Part shown: one piece after another, positions 40,495 to 50,240 of the stretch
Numbering within the stretch: the stretch's first letter is position 1
Layout of the letters: each line of letters opens with the position of its first letter
From: a virus
DNA length: 64,000 nucleotides
Direction: 5' to 3' (one strand)
IMG/VR virus record: IMGVR_UViG_3300042294_004161
Coordinates: 1 to 64,000 of that record
Translations under genes and position numbers: made by a program
Notes under the pieces: model-generated
What the model was told of the DNA's origin: nothing
The model's database searches: none
Seen by the model: only the letters and a program-made list of their open reading frames with translations

Positions 40495-40497
40495 AAC

Positions 40498-40746
40498 ATG
40501 GAAAAATTAACAACAGAAGAATTACAAAAATTGCAAAATCTTCAAGATAAAGGTCAAGCTTTAATTAATGAATTAGGTCAAATTGAAGTAGCTAAAATTT
40601 CACTTGAAATTAGACATGAAAAAGCAAAACAAACATTAGTTGAACTTCAACAAGAAGAAATAGACTATGGAAAACAAATGAGTGAAAAGTATGGTCCTAT
40701 TTCAGTTAATCCAGAGACTGGAGAGATTACAAAAGTTGAGGCCTAA
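40498..40746 (+). CDS. Small coiled-coil protein
   Basis: Heptad pattern, LGQIE, KYGPISVNPETGEI. Confidence 0.6.
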   Translation: MEKLTTEELQKLQNLQDKGQALINELGQIEVAKISLEIRHEKAKQTLVELQQEEIDYGKQMSEKYGPISVNPETGEITKVEA

Positions 40747-40798
40747 CATCGATTTTTAAAAGTTTCTGTCATATTTATAATCAACAAAATTATAAAAT

Positions 40799-42904
40799 AT
40801 GGCAGAAACCTTAATATCCCCAGGCGTATTAGCACTGGAAAACGACAATTCATTCGTATCATCTCAACCAGTAACGGTTGGAGCAGCTATTATAGGACCA
40901 ACAGTAAAAGGTCCAGTAGAAATTCCAACTATTGTTACATCTTATAGTGAGTATCAAAACAAATTTGGTACTACATTCATAAGTGGTGGTCAAGTTCAAA
41001 GCTACTTTACATCAGTAGCAGCTTTCAATTACTTTAACAACGGTGGTGAAACATTATTAGTAGCTAGAGTAGTAAGTGGATCATTCAATCCAGCTTCTTC
41101 TAGTATCTATAATTTAAATTTAGCTAGTACAGCCTCTGTAAACGCTAATTTAACTTATGTTTCAGCTAGTGTAGCTGCTGTTGGTTCAGGTTCATTTAGT
41201 GTTAATGGTATTGAATTCTTCTTTACTGGATCTACAGTAGCAAATACATCAACTAGAATATCTGTTAATACAGGTTCATTTGCAGCTAGTACAGCAGCAG
41301 ATTATGCGGCTACTGCATCAGCAGTATTTAATGTAAGTAAATCAATTGCCCCATACAGTACTGTATTATCTGGTATAACATCTTCAGTATCAGCATCAAC
41401 TGGAATTAAATTAGATGCTGGTGTAGTAGGAGGTGAATTTAATTATTTATTATTAAATGAATTTACATTTACATCAGGAAGTACTGTTACTAAATTTAGT
41501 GGTGCTATAGGTACTGAAGCTTTAGAATTAAAAACTATTTCTGAAGGAAATATAATGAATAATGCTGGACCTACAGGATCTAACAATTCATTAATATCAG
41601 GATCAGCAGATAATGTAAGATGGCAAATTACAAACAGAGACACAGCCTCAGGTACATTTAGTTTATTAATCAGAAGAGGTGACGATGATAATATCAATCC
41701 AGTTGTATTAGAAACATGGACTAACTTATCATTAGACCCAACCCAACCAAACTATGTATCTAAAGTAATTGGTAATCAATTCCAACAATTTAGTTCACAA
41801 GATAATCAGATTGAGGTAATTGGTGATTTTCCAACAAGATCAAGATACGTCTATGTAGCATCAGTAAATTCTCCAACTCCTTTCTATTTAGGAAACAATG
41901 GTTTAGCTAAATCTGAATTTACTTCATCTATACCTTTCAATACCAATGGAACATTTGGTGGAGCAACAGGTGATTTATTTTATGGTGGAGGAGCTGATTA
42001 TCATAATAACATTAATAGTGCTACAACTGCACCTCAAGGTATCTCATCCTCAGATTATAATGGTATGATTAACTTATTAGCTAATGCTGATGATTATAGA
42101 TTTAATGTATTGGTAGTTCCTGGTTTATTTGCTTCAACAGCAGATTTAGGTGCTTCACAAATAACAGCTATTATTAATAACACTCAAAATAGAGGTGATT
42201 CTATTTATATATCTGATTTAGTACCATTTGGTTCAAATATAGGTGATGTTACAACTCAAGCAAATGCTAAAAACACATCATATGCTGCTACATATTGGCC
42301 TTGGGTTCAAACAATTGACCCAGACTCAGCTCAATTAGTATGGGTTCCAGCATCAACAATGATGGTAGGTGTTTACGCTTATAATGATAATGTAAGTGAG
42401 CCTTGGTTCGCCCCAGCTGGTATTAACAGAGGTGGATTAGGAAATGTAATAAGAGCTGAAAAGAAATTAACTCAAGCTAACCGTGATACTTTATATTCAA
42501 ATAAAGTAAATCCAATAGCAACATTCCCAGGAACTGGAATAGTAGCATATGGTCAGAAAACATTACAAACTAAAGCCTCAGCTCTTGATAGAGTAAATGT
42601 TCGTAGATTATTAATTTCTCTTAAGTCTTATATTTCTCAAGTAGCACAAAACTTAGTATTTGAACAAAACACAATTGCTACAAGAAATCAATTCTTAAGT
42701 CAAGTAAATCCATATCTAGAATCAGTACAACAACGTCAAGGTTTATATGCTTTCAAAGTAATTATGGATGATAGTAATAATACTGCTGATGTAATTGATA
42801 GAAACCAGATGGTAGGTCAGATTTATATTCAACCAACTAAAACAGCTGAATTTATTTATCTAGATTTCAACATCTTACCAACAGGCGCAGTATTTCCCGC
42901 TTAA
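40799..42904 (+). CDS. Tail sheath protein (T4 gp18-like) with Ser/Thr-rich insertion
   Basis: ISPGV, GPTVKGP, YAATYWPW, PWFAPAGINRG, RVNVRRL, FEQN, IQPTKTAEFI. Confidence 0.96.
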   Translation: MAETLISPGVLALENDNSFVSSQPVTVGAAIIGPTVKGPVEIPTIVTSYSEYQNKFGTTFISGGQVQSYFTSVAAFNYFNNGGETLLVARVVSGSFNPASSSIYNLNLASTASVNANLTYVSASVAAVGSGSFSVNGIEFFFTGSTVANTSTRISVNTGSFAASTAADYAATASAVFNVSKSIAPYSTVLSGITSSVSASTGIKLDAGVVGGEFNYLLLNEFTFTSGSTVTKFSGAIGTEALELKTISEGNIMNNAGPTGSNNSLISGSADNVRWQITNRDTASGTFSLLIRRGDDDNINPVVLETWTNLSLDPTQPNYVSKVIGNQFQQFSSQDNQIEVIGDFPTRSRYVYVASVNSPTPFYLGNNGLAKSEFTSSIPFNTNGTFGGATGDLFYGGGADYHNNINSATTAPQGISSSDYNGMINLLANADDYRFNVLVVPGLFASTADLGASQITAIINNTQNRGDSIYISDLVPFGSNIGDVTTQANAKNTSYAATYWPWVQTIDPDSAQLVWVPASTMMVGVYAYNDNVSEPWFAPAGINRGGLGNVIRAEKKLTQANRDTLYSNKVNPIATFPGTGIVAYGQKTLQTKASALDRVNVRRLLISLKSYISQVAQNLVFEQNTIATRNQFLSQVNPYLESVQQRQGLYAFKVIMDDSNNTADVIDRNQMVGQIYIQPTKTAEFIYLDFNILPTGAVFPA

Positions 42905-42923
42905 TTAATTTAAAATGAATAGA

Positions 42924-42960
42924 AGAAAAGGTATCTCATTTGATATCTTTTCTTTCTCTT
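42924..42960 (+). terminator. Possible terminator/attenuator between sheath and tube
   Basis: AGAAAAGGTATC..GATATCTTTTCT stem, pyrimidine-rich tail. Confidence 0.55.
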
Positions 42961-42990
42961 CAATATGTATAAGAAAATAAATAACATAAA

Positions 42991-43479
42991 ATGGCAATAT
43001 TAGATCCAAACGAAATATTTTTCACCGCTTTTGAACCAAAACAAGCTAACCGATTCATCATGTATATTGATGGTATCCCTGCTTATGAAATCAAAGGGGT
43101 AAGTGCAGTAAGTTTAACTCAAGGTACCGTAGCTTTAAATCATATTAACGTACAACGTTTTGTTAAAGGCAAATCTACTTGGGGACCAATTACATTCACA
43201 TTATTTGATCCAATCACACCTTCAGGTGCTCAAGCAGTAATGGAATGGGTACGTTTACATCACGAATCAGTAACTGGTAGAGATGGTTATAGTGATTTCT
43301 ACAAGAAAGACTTAACATTTGATGTATTAGGACCAGTAGGTGATATTGTATCAGAGTGGATTATTAAAGGTGCTTTAATTACTGAAGCTAATTTTGGCGA
43401 TTATAACTGGGATACAGTAGATACAGCTATTAACATTACAATGACAGTACAACCAGATTACTGTGTATTAAATTTCTAA
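42991..43479 (+). CDS. Tail tube protein (T4 gp19-like)
   Basis: FEPKQANRF, WGPITFTLFD, VMEW, YKKD, W.IKGA; follows sheath. Confidence 0.9.
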   Translation: MAILDPNEIFFTAFEPKQANRFIMYIDGIPAYEIKGVSAVSLTQGTVALNHINVQRFVKGKSTWGPITFTLFDPITPSGAQAVMEWVRLHHESVTGRDGYSDFYKKDLTFDVLGPVGDIVSEWIIKGALITEANFGDYNWDTVDTAINITMTVQPDYCVLNF

Positions 43480-43500
43480 TTATTTTTACTTTTATTTTTA

Positions 43501-43532
43501 AAGAGAACTTGGCTATGTCAAGTTCTTTTTTT
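43501..43532 (+). terminator. Intrinsic terminator after tube gene (overlaps TTGG promoter motif)
   Basis: AGAACTTG..CAAGTTCT stem plus T run. Confidence 0.8.
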
Positions 43533-43535
43533 ATG

Positions 43536-43900
43536 TTATAATATTATAGGGAAAGTTCTTTGACATTATGTTTAACAATTTAAATTAAAAAATATGACAA
43601 CATTCTATTTTGTATTAGGTATGGTTGTAGTCTTGGTAATAGCTGAGGTTATAGCTATGGTTATAGCAATTAAAATAATTAATTCACTAAACCAACAAGT
43701 AACAAATTTTAAAAATGAATTAAGATCAATTTATGAAGATTTTAATAATTTAAGACGAGATACAGATCAACAATTTCAAGAAGTTTATCGACAAATTGAT
43801 TCTCGATTAGATAAATTAGAAACTAGGTTAACAACATCACCAAAACAAGTTATAAAAGGATAAAAAATCGTTAAAGAACTTTCTCCTATAATATTTATAA
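43536..43900. repeat. ~30-bp imperfect inverted repeat (43536..43564 / 43870..43900) enclosing the small membrane gene
   Basis: ATATTATAGG-GAAAGTTCTTTGAC versus the reverse complement of the right arm, ATATTATAGGAGAAAGTTCTTTAAC. Confidence 0.8.
43594..43863 (+). CDS. Small membrane protein (N-terminal TM helix plus coiled coil)
   Basis: Hydrophobic residues ~4-29 followed by heptads ending IDSRLDKLE. Confidence 0.7.
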   Translation: MTTFYFVLGMVVVLVIAEVIAMVIAIKIINSLNQQVTNFKNELRSIYEDFNNLRRDTDQQFQEVYRQIDSRLDKLETRLTTSPKQVIKG

Positions 43901-43927
43901 TAAATAAAGTTACATTAAATAAAAATT

Positions 43928-44653
43928 ATGACAGAATTTAAATTCCCTACAGAAATTGTAGAATTACCTTCAAAAGGTTTAGTATATCCTGAAGGTTCTC
44001 TTTTAGCAGAAGGTAAAATTGAAATGAAATACATGACTGCTAAAGAAGAAGATATTCTTACAAACCAAGCTTACATTAAACAAGGTACAGTTTTAGATAA
44101 GCTATTACAATCTTTAATTGTAAGTAAAATTAACTATGATGATTTAATTGTAGGTGATAAAAATGCATTATTTATTGCAGCTCGTATTTTAGGTTATGGT
44201 AAAGATTATACCTTTTCATACAATGGAGAAGAAATTACAGTAGATTTATCATCTTTAAATAATAAACCATTTAATGAATCTTTAGTTACTAAGGGTTTAA
44301 ATGAATTCCATTTTACACTTCCATCTTCACAAACAAAAATTACTTTTAAAATTCTTACAAGTGGGGATGATAGAAAAATTGATACTGAAATAACAGGACT
44401 AAAGAAAATCAATAAAGATGCATCTCCAGAATTATCTACTCGTCTAAAATATATTATTACATCTGTTAATGGAGATAAAGATGAAAAAACAATTCGTGAA
44501 TTTGTAGATAATTACTTATTAGCTCGAGACTCTAGAGCTTTAAGAGAATATATTAAACAAATTCAACCTGATGTTGATTTAACTTATATTACTGATGGTG
44601 GTGAGGAGGTCACTATTCCAATTAATTTAAACTTTTTTTGGCCTGACATTTGA
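43928..44653 (+). CDS. Tail assembly chaperone / baseplate hub assembly protein (T4 gp26-like)
   Basis: VELPSKG..Y, MTAKEEDIL, GDKNALFIAARILGYG, IPINLNFFWP; between tube and tape measure. Confidence 0.8.
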   Translation: MTEFKFPTEIVELPSKGLVYPEGSLLAEGKIEMKYMTAKEEDILTNQAYIKQGTVLDKLLQSLIVSKINYDDLIVGDKNALFIAARILGYGKDYTFSYNGEEITVDLSSLNNKPFNESLVTKGLNEFHFTLPSSQTKITFKILTSGDDRKIDTEITGLKKINKDASPELSTRLKYIITSVNGDKDEKTIREFVDNYLLARDSRALREYIKQIQPDVDLTYITDGGEEVTIPINLNFFWPDI

Positions 44654-44939
44654 TATAGTTCCACAAGTTAGAATTAATCTATTTACTCAAATTCATGAAA
44701 TAGTATTCCATAGTAATGGAGGTTATGATTGGCATACAATATATAATATGCCAATATGGTTAAGAAAGTTTACATTTAATAAACTTAAAGAACATTATGA
44801 CAAAATAAATAATAATGAAAGTAGTGATAATGTTTCTAAATCTATAGAAGCTATGAAATCAGCTGGATCTGTAAATAAAACTCCAATACCAAAAACTATT
44901 ACACCTAATACTTATATTACAAAGGCATCAAAAAAATGA
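44631..44939 (+). CDS. Frameshift-accessed extension of the tail chaperone (gp51-like segment)
   Basis: The frame of the 44748 ORF is open from 44631 (TAA at 44628) across a T7 run and encodes FFGLTFD...IHEIVFHSNGGYDWHTIYNMPIWLRKF; no ATG before 44748. Confidence 0.75.
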   Translation, partial: TFFGLTFDIVPQVRINLFTQIHEIVFHSNGGYDWHTIYNMPIWLRKFTFNKLKEHYDKINNNESSDNVSKSIEAMKSAGSVNKTPIPKTITPNTYITKASKK

Positions 44940-44948
44940 TGCCTTTTT
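44921..44948 (+). terminator. Intrinsic terminator
   Basis: AAAGGCATCA-A6-TGATGCCTTT plus Ts. Confidence 0.75.
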
Positions 44949-44981
44949 ATTTTATAATATTTATAAATAAATAATATTTAA

Positions 44982-47669
44982 ATGGCAACTCCTGAGGAAA
45001 TACAAAAATTACTTAAAGACTTAGAAAAAGTTTATAAAGAATTAGGTACTAAAAATCCATTTGCTAATTTTGATGCTTCTAAAGTTTCAGATGCTAGTGC
45101 AGCTGTTGCTATTCTTAATGCAGGATTAAGAGATGCTAAACGAGAATTAAATGACATAAATGGGGATTTAAATGATACTGTCACAGCTTTTAAAAAAACA
45201 GTTGATGAAATTAAAAATACTAACTCAGGTCTTACATTAGCCTCTAAAACATTTAGTGGTTTAAGTGATATAGCTCGAAAATTAAAATCAGACCAAGCTG
45301 GAATTAATGAACTTTCAGGAAAAGAATTAAAAACATTACAAAAACAAGCTAAAGAAAAACGAGAAGATTTAATAGTTTCTAAAGATCTTCTTACATCCAG
45401 AATTTCAGAATTAAAAGAACTAGAAAAAAAAGGTGAATTAAATAAAAAAAATGAAAAAGAATTAATTCAATCTATAAATGCGGCTAAAGCTATTAAAAAT
45501 GAATTAAGAGAACAAGATACTCTTTCTGCTTTAATTAATGGTAGATTAAATCAACGTATAAAACAAGAAGAAAGAATTGAAGGATTACTAGGTTTAGGTG
45601 GCGCCTCTATAGAAGGTGCTAAAAAAGCATTAGATAAATTAGGTTTTGGAGGATTAGCAAATGCCCTTGGTTTAGATAAAGTCAAGGAGAAAATGGAAGA
45701 AGTAGCTGAGACTACAGAAAAATCTGAAGGATATACTGGAGGATTTTCTGATAAAATGAAAGTACTTAAATCAGGAATTTCTGAAGCTGGGGTTCAATTT
45801 AAAAAATCTTTAACAGATCCAACAGTAGTTACTACATTTTTAATTAATGAAATGGTATCTGCTCTTACCTCTGCTGATAAAGCTACAGGTGAATTAGCTA
45901 AATCTTTTGGTACTTCATATTCTGAGGCTACATCATTAAGAAATGAGTTAAATACAGTAGCTAATTTAAGTGGTGATATAAATGTTAATACAGCAGCTCT
46001 CCAAAAATCATTAATAGCTATTAATAAAGAATTTGGAACAGCATCAATGCTTAATGGTGAACTTCTTAAAGATTTCACTCAATTAACTACAGCAGCTGGT
46101 TATACTGAAGAGGCGGCATTAGGTTTATCTAAAATTACTGTAGCTACAGGTACAGATTTATCTGAAAATACATCTGAGATTTTAGGACAAGCAATGGCTT
46201 TTAATGCTACTAATAAGTTAGCTTTAAATGAAAAAGAAATTGTTGAAGGTGTAGCTAAAGCATCTGCAGCTACTACTTTATCTTTAGGAATGCAACCTAA
46301 AGAAATAGCTAAAGCTGTAGCCCAATCTAAAGCATTAGGTGTATCTTTACAACAAGTAGAACAAATAGCTAATTCATTACTTAATTTTGAACAATCTATT
46401 TCATCTGAATTAGAAGCAGAATTATTAACAGGTAAAGAACTTAATTTAGAAGAAGCAAGAAGATTTGCACTTAATAATGATATAGCTGGAGTAGCTAGAG
46501 AAATAGCAAAACAAATAGGAACAGCTGCTGATTTTACTAAAATGAATGTTATTCAACAAGAAGCATTAGCAAAGTCTGTTGGAATGACTCGTGAAGATTT
46601 AGCTAACTCTTTAATAGAAAGAGAAGCATTAGCTAAAATTGGTAAAGGAGAAACAAATGCTCTAGAAGCATATAATAGACTTAAAAAAGAAGGACTATCT
46701 GATGACCAAATAGCAGCTAGATTAGGAGATGAAAAATTAGCAACTCAATTAAAATCTCAATCAGTTCAAGAACGTTTTAATGCCTCAGTTGAAAAATTAA
46801 GAGAAATTTTTGTTAGTTTAGCAGAACCTGTTTTACAAATAATATCTCCATTTATGGATTTAGCAACAACAATATTACCTTTAATTAATATAGCATTAAC
46901 TCCAATTACAGGAATTCTTAAATTTTTAGGAGAATCAATCCAATTTACTTTAGGATTAATAAGATCACTTTTAAAAGAAATTGGAGATCTTTTAAGCCCA
47001 TTAACTAATATTCTTAATCCTTTATTTAAAGGCTTTTCAGAATTTGTAGAACAATCTAAAATTTTAAATACAATTTTAGAAGTCACAAAATCTATAGTAG
47101 GATCTATTGTTATTGCTTACGGAGCAATAGCAGCTTATAATGCAACTGCTAGTTTTTTTGCTGGACTAAGAGCAAAAGCTGAACAATCAACAGAAAAATC
47201 TTTAATTAGACAAGGTATTGTTATGTTAAAAAATTTAGGAACAGCTATTTTAGAGGCTGTTGCTAAAGTTACAGGAGCTAGTGCTGCTACTTTAGGAGTT
47301 GCTGCCGGCATAGCAGCAGTCGCCGGAGCTTCAGCTTACGCTTTTTTAAATAGCAAAAAAGGTAATGATATAATATCCCCAGGATATGGTGAACGTACAT
47401 TATTCGGTCCAGAAGGAGCAATAGCATTAAATAATAAAGATACAGTAATAGCAGGTACTAGTTTGTTTGGAGAAAATAAAAATCAATCAATAAATGAATC
47501 TACATCTGCATCTCCCTCATCCCCCTCAATTAACTTATCACCATTAATTGAACGTATGATGGCTGTAGAAAATGTATTAGTACAAATTCTAAATAAAGAA
47601 GGTGGAGTATATTTAGATGGTACTAAAGTAGGTACAGCAATGGCTGTAAGTACTTACAGAGTTCAATAA
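44982..47669 (+). CDS. Tape measure protein
   Basis: 895 aa Ala/Leu-rich helical protein after the chaperone; amphipathic repeats; C-terminal VYLDGTKVG. Confidence 0.85.
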   Translation: MATPEEIQKLLKDLEKVYKELGTKNPFANFDASKVSDASAAVAILNAGLRDAKRELNDINGDLNDTVTAFKKTVDEIKNTNSGLTLASKTFSGLSDIARKLKSDQAGINELSGKELKTLQKQAKEKREDLIVSKDLLTSRISELKELEKKGELNKKNEKELIQSINAAKAIKNELREQDTLSALINGRLNQRIKQEERIEGLLGLGGASIEGAKKALDKLGFGGLANALGLDKVKEKMEEVAETTEKSEGYTGGFSDKMKVLKSGISEAGVQFKKSLTDPTVVTTFLINEMVSALTSADKATGELAKSFGTSYSEATSLRNELNTVANLSGDINVNTAALQKSLIAINKEFGTASMLNGELLKDFTQLTTAAGYTEEAALGLSKITVATGTDLSENTSEILGQAMAFNATNKLALNEKEIVEGVAKASAATTLSLGMQPKEIAKAVAQSKALGVSLQQVEQIANSLLNFEQSISSELEAELLTGKELNLEEARRFALNNDIAGVAREIAKQIGTAADFTKMNVIQQEALAKSVGMTREDLANSLIEREALAKIGKGETNALEAYNRLKKEGLSDDQIAARLGDEKLATQLKSQSVQERFNASVEKLREIFVSLAEPVLQIISPFMDLATTILPLINIALTPITGILKFLGESIQFTLGLIRSLLKEIGDLLSPLTNILNPLFKGFSEFVEQSKILNTILEVTKSIVGSIVIAYGAIAAYNATASFFAGLRAKAEQSTEKSLIRQGIVMLKNLGTAILEAVAKVTGASAATLGVAAGIAAVAGASAYAFLNSKKGNDIISPGYGERTLFGPEGAIALNNKDTVIAGTSLFGENKNQSINESTSASPSSPSINLSPLIERMMAVENVLVQILNKEGGVYLDGTKVGTAMAVSTYRVQ

Positions 47670-47699
47670 TTTTAATATTTATAACTAAAACATAAAAAC

Positions 47700-47942
47700 A
47701 TGAGTGTATTAGATTTACTTAACAACGGGTCTCAACTTACCGCATATGACGGTAGAACCCCAGCATCATATGATGGTGCATCTCAATTTCAAAGAGGATT
47801 AGAAGTATCACAATTAGATTTAAATGGTAGAAGACCAATACCATTTGATGGAACAACTCAATATGAAAGAGGATTAGCAGTTTCTCAACTAGATTTAGAT
47901 GGTAGAACTCCTAACAGATATTTAGATAATCCACCTAGATAA
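47700..47942 (+). CDS. Small protein with three ~25-aa SQLDLDGRTP-type repeats
   Basis: Repeat visible in the translation; late motif at 47675. Confidence 0.65.
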   Translation: MSVLDLLNNGSQLTAYDGRTPASYDGASQFQRGLEVSQLDLNGRRPIPFDGTTQYERGLAVSQLDLDGRTPNRYLDNPPR

Positions 47943-50234
47943 ATGGCTCTTATTAATCTTCAAACTGACCTTAAATCTCTTAGGTATGGTAAAGACACTC
48001 CAGGTGGTGGTGATAGTGGACAACCATATATTAAAAAAACCATACCACGTGTTTTTGTAGGAGCCAGTGAAGATTTTCTGTTAAGAGGAGGAATAAACGC
48101 TGTAACAGACTCACTTACGGATGTTGCTCGTTTAGCTAAAATGTTCACTGATACCAAATCACCAAATGGTTTGTTATTTATTGCTAAACAACAGTTATTA
48201 TCACGTACTGCTTCACCAGCACAAGGTGGGACACCACAATCACCACGATTATTAAATGAAGGCGTTTATAACCCGTTAAGTACACTAGCTCAGGCAGGTG
48301 TAGTAGCGTTTGGGGGTCATTTAAATAAACAAGGTATTAATCCATTTGCTGAAACAGGGGCATATTCTAAAAATCCTAATTTATATTTTAATAAAGTTAA
48401 AGCATCAAATTTAAGTGCTGACAACTATATTAGAACAGATGAAGTAGTTACTCAAGCTGATACTATTACAACTCCTATAAGAGTTTTCAATTCAGATCTA
48501 CCATACGCTGATCAAATATATAATGGTTTTGATGTATTAGGAAATGATACAACACAATTTTCTACTTCAAAAGTTACTAGTGCTGATTTTCAAAATAGAC
48601 TAGCTAATTTATGGTATAATAAAGTAGAACAAAAAACATCAGATATTAATGTTTTAACATATAATGGAGGACCTGGTTCTATATTAGGAATCGGAAAAAC
48701 TAATATTAGATTTGCAGATCAAAGAACAGGAGTAAATAGTGATAAACCTATTACAGGGGGAGTGACTTGGACTCCAAATCAATCAATTAATAGAGAATTC
48801 ACTACATTAATAGGAATTGAAACTTCTAAAGGAGCTTCAAAAGCGTATGCTACTACTAATGGGTTAACATTAGATAATGATGTTGTTGATGGAACTAGAG
48901 TTTATAACTCAGCTGTAGGTCTTAATGCTAAATTATTTAATCCTTTAGCTAATAGTCCAATAACTTGGACTCCAAAACTAGAACAAACTAAACCAGATAG
49001 AACTCTTCCATTTAATATAACTATAGGTAAATTAAGTGATATAATAAATAATGATCCTGTATTTGATAGTCTTGATAACTTAAATACAAATAGAGGATTT
49101 ACAACTCCTACAGTTTATCAACCAGGTCCTGATCAAACTATATTAAATAATACAGACTTAATATATGCTAATAATACTTATACTTATACTCAAAAACAAA
49201 TATTAGAAAATCCATATGGCAATGAAAATACAGGAGAAACAATATCATCTCGTTCTAATGTAGGAAAATTAAATGGTTCACCTATATGGCAAGATTTTAG
49301 AAAAAAAATTAGAGAAACTTTAGGAGAAAATTCTGAGCAAGTTAAAAAAGCAAAAGAAAAAGGAGCTCTTCCTAATTCTCCTAATTATGCTTTTAAAGGA
49401 ATTGAAAATAGAGTAAATATAGGTGGAAAAAATAATTTAGGACCTGGAAATTTTACTGGTAAAAATTTATCATCATATACAGCTGGTTCAGGTATAGGAC
49501 CAATAGATAAAATAAATGCTTTACCAATATATAGAAGTAAAAATGTTGAAACAAATTCTCAAGATTATCCTATAAATGATCTAGTTAAATTTAGAATAGC
49601 TGTAATAGATAATAATTCCCCTAACTTTAAAACATTCATACATTTTAGGGCATTTATTGATTCAATGTCTGATTCATATAATGCTACTTGGAATGGATTT
49701 AATTATTTAGGAAGAAGTGAACAATTTTACAATTATGGTGGGTTTACTAGAACTGTTTCATTATCATGGACGGTATCAGTTCAATCAAAACAGGAACTTA
49801 TTCCAATGTATAAAAAATTAAATTATCTAGCTTCATCATTAACAGGTGATTATAGTCCAGATGGATATATGAGAGGTAATTTAGTGCAATTAACTATTGG
49901 AGGATATTTATATGAACAACCAGGTATAATAACTTCATTAACATATGATGTTCCCACAGAATCACCTTGGGAGATTGGAATAAATGATGAAGGTGGATTT
50001 GATTCTAGTGTAAAAGAATTACCTCATATTATACGAGTAACAGGATTTAACTTTATACCTATCCAAAATTTTGTACCACAAAAACAAAAATTAACATTTG
50101 GTGATAATAATACAACAGGCAGTACTGATAGTTCTACAGGATTTGTAAAAACTGAAGGATTTCAAAGATATATAGCTTTAGCTAATGGAGATGATAAAGA
50201 TAAAAGTTTTACTAATTATACAAACCCATCATAA
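47943..50234 (+). CDS. Baseplate / tail-tube initiator-like protein
   Basis: C-terminal FRAFIDSMSDSYNATW..YLGR..Y.Y.GFTRTVSLSW, LTIGGYLYEQPGIITSL; synteny. Confidence 0.65.
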   Translation: MALINLQTDLKSLRYGKDTPGGGDSGQPYIKKTIPRVFVGASEDFLLRGGINAVTDSLTDVARLAKMFTDTKSPNGLLFIAKQQLLSRTASPAQGGTPQSPRLLNEGVYNPLSTLAQAGVVAFGGHLNKQGINPFAETGAYSKNPNLYFNKVKASNLSADNYIRTDEVVTQADTITTPIRVFNSDLPYADQIYNGFDVLGNDTTQFSTSKVTSADFQNRLANLWYNKVEQKTSDINVLTYNGGPGSILGIGKTNIRFADQRTGVNSDKPITGGVTWTPNQSINREFTTLIGIETSKGASKAYATTNGLTLDNDVVDGTRVYNSAVGLNAKLFNPLANSPITWTPKLEQTKPDRTLPFNITIGKLSDIINNDPVFDSLDNLNTNRGFTTPTVYQPGPDQTILNNTDLIYANNTYTYTQKQILENPYGNENTGETISSRSNVGKLNGSPIWQDFRKKIRETLGENSEQVKKAKEKGALPNSPNYAFKGIENRVNIGGKNNLGPGNFTGKNLSSYTAGSGIGPIDKINALPIYRSKNVETNSQDYPINDLVKFRIAVIDNNSPNFKTFIHFRAFIDSMSDSYNATWNGFNYLGRSEQFYNYGGFTRTVSLSWTVSVQSKQELIPMYKKLNYLASSLTGDYSPDGYMRGNLVQLTIGGYLYEQPGIITSLTYDVPTESPWEIGINDEGGFDSSVKELPHIIRVTGFNFIPIQNFVPQKQKLTFGDNNTTGSTDSSTGFVKTEGFQRYIALANGDDKDKSFTNYTNPS

Positions 50235-50240
50235 TAATTA

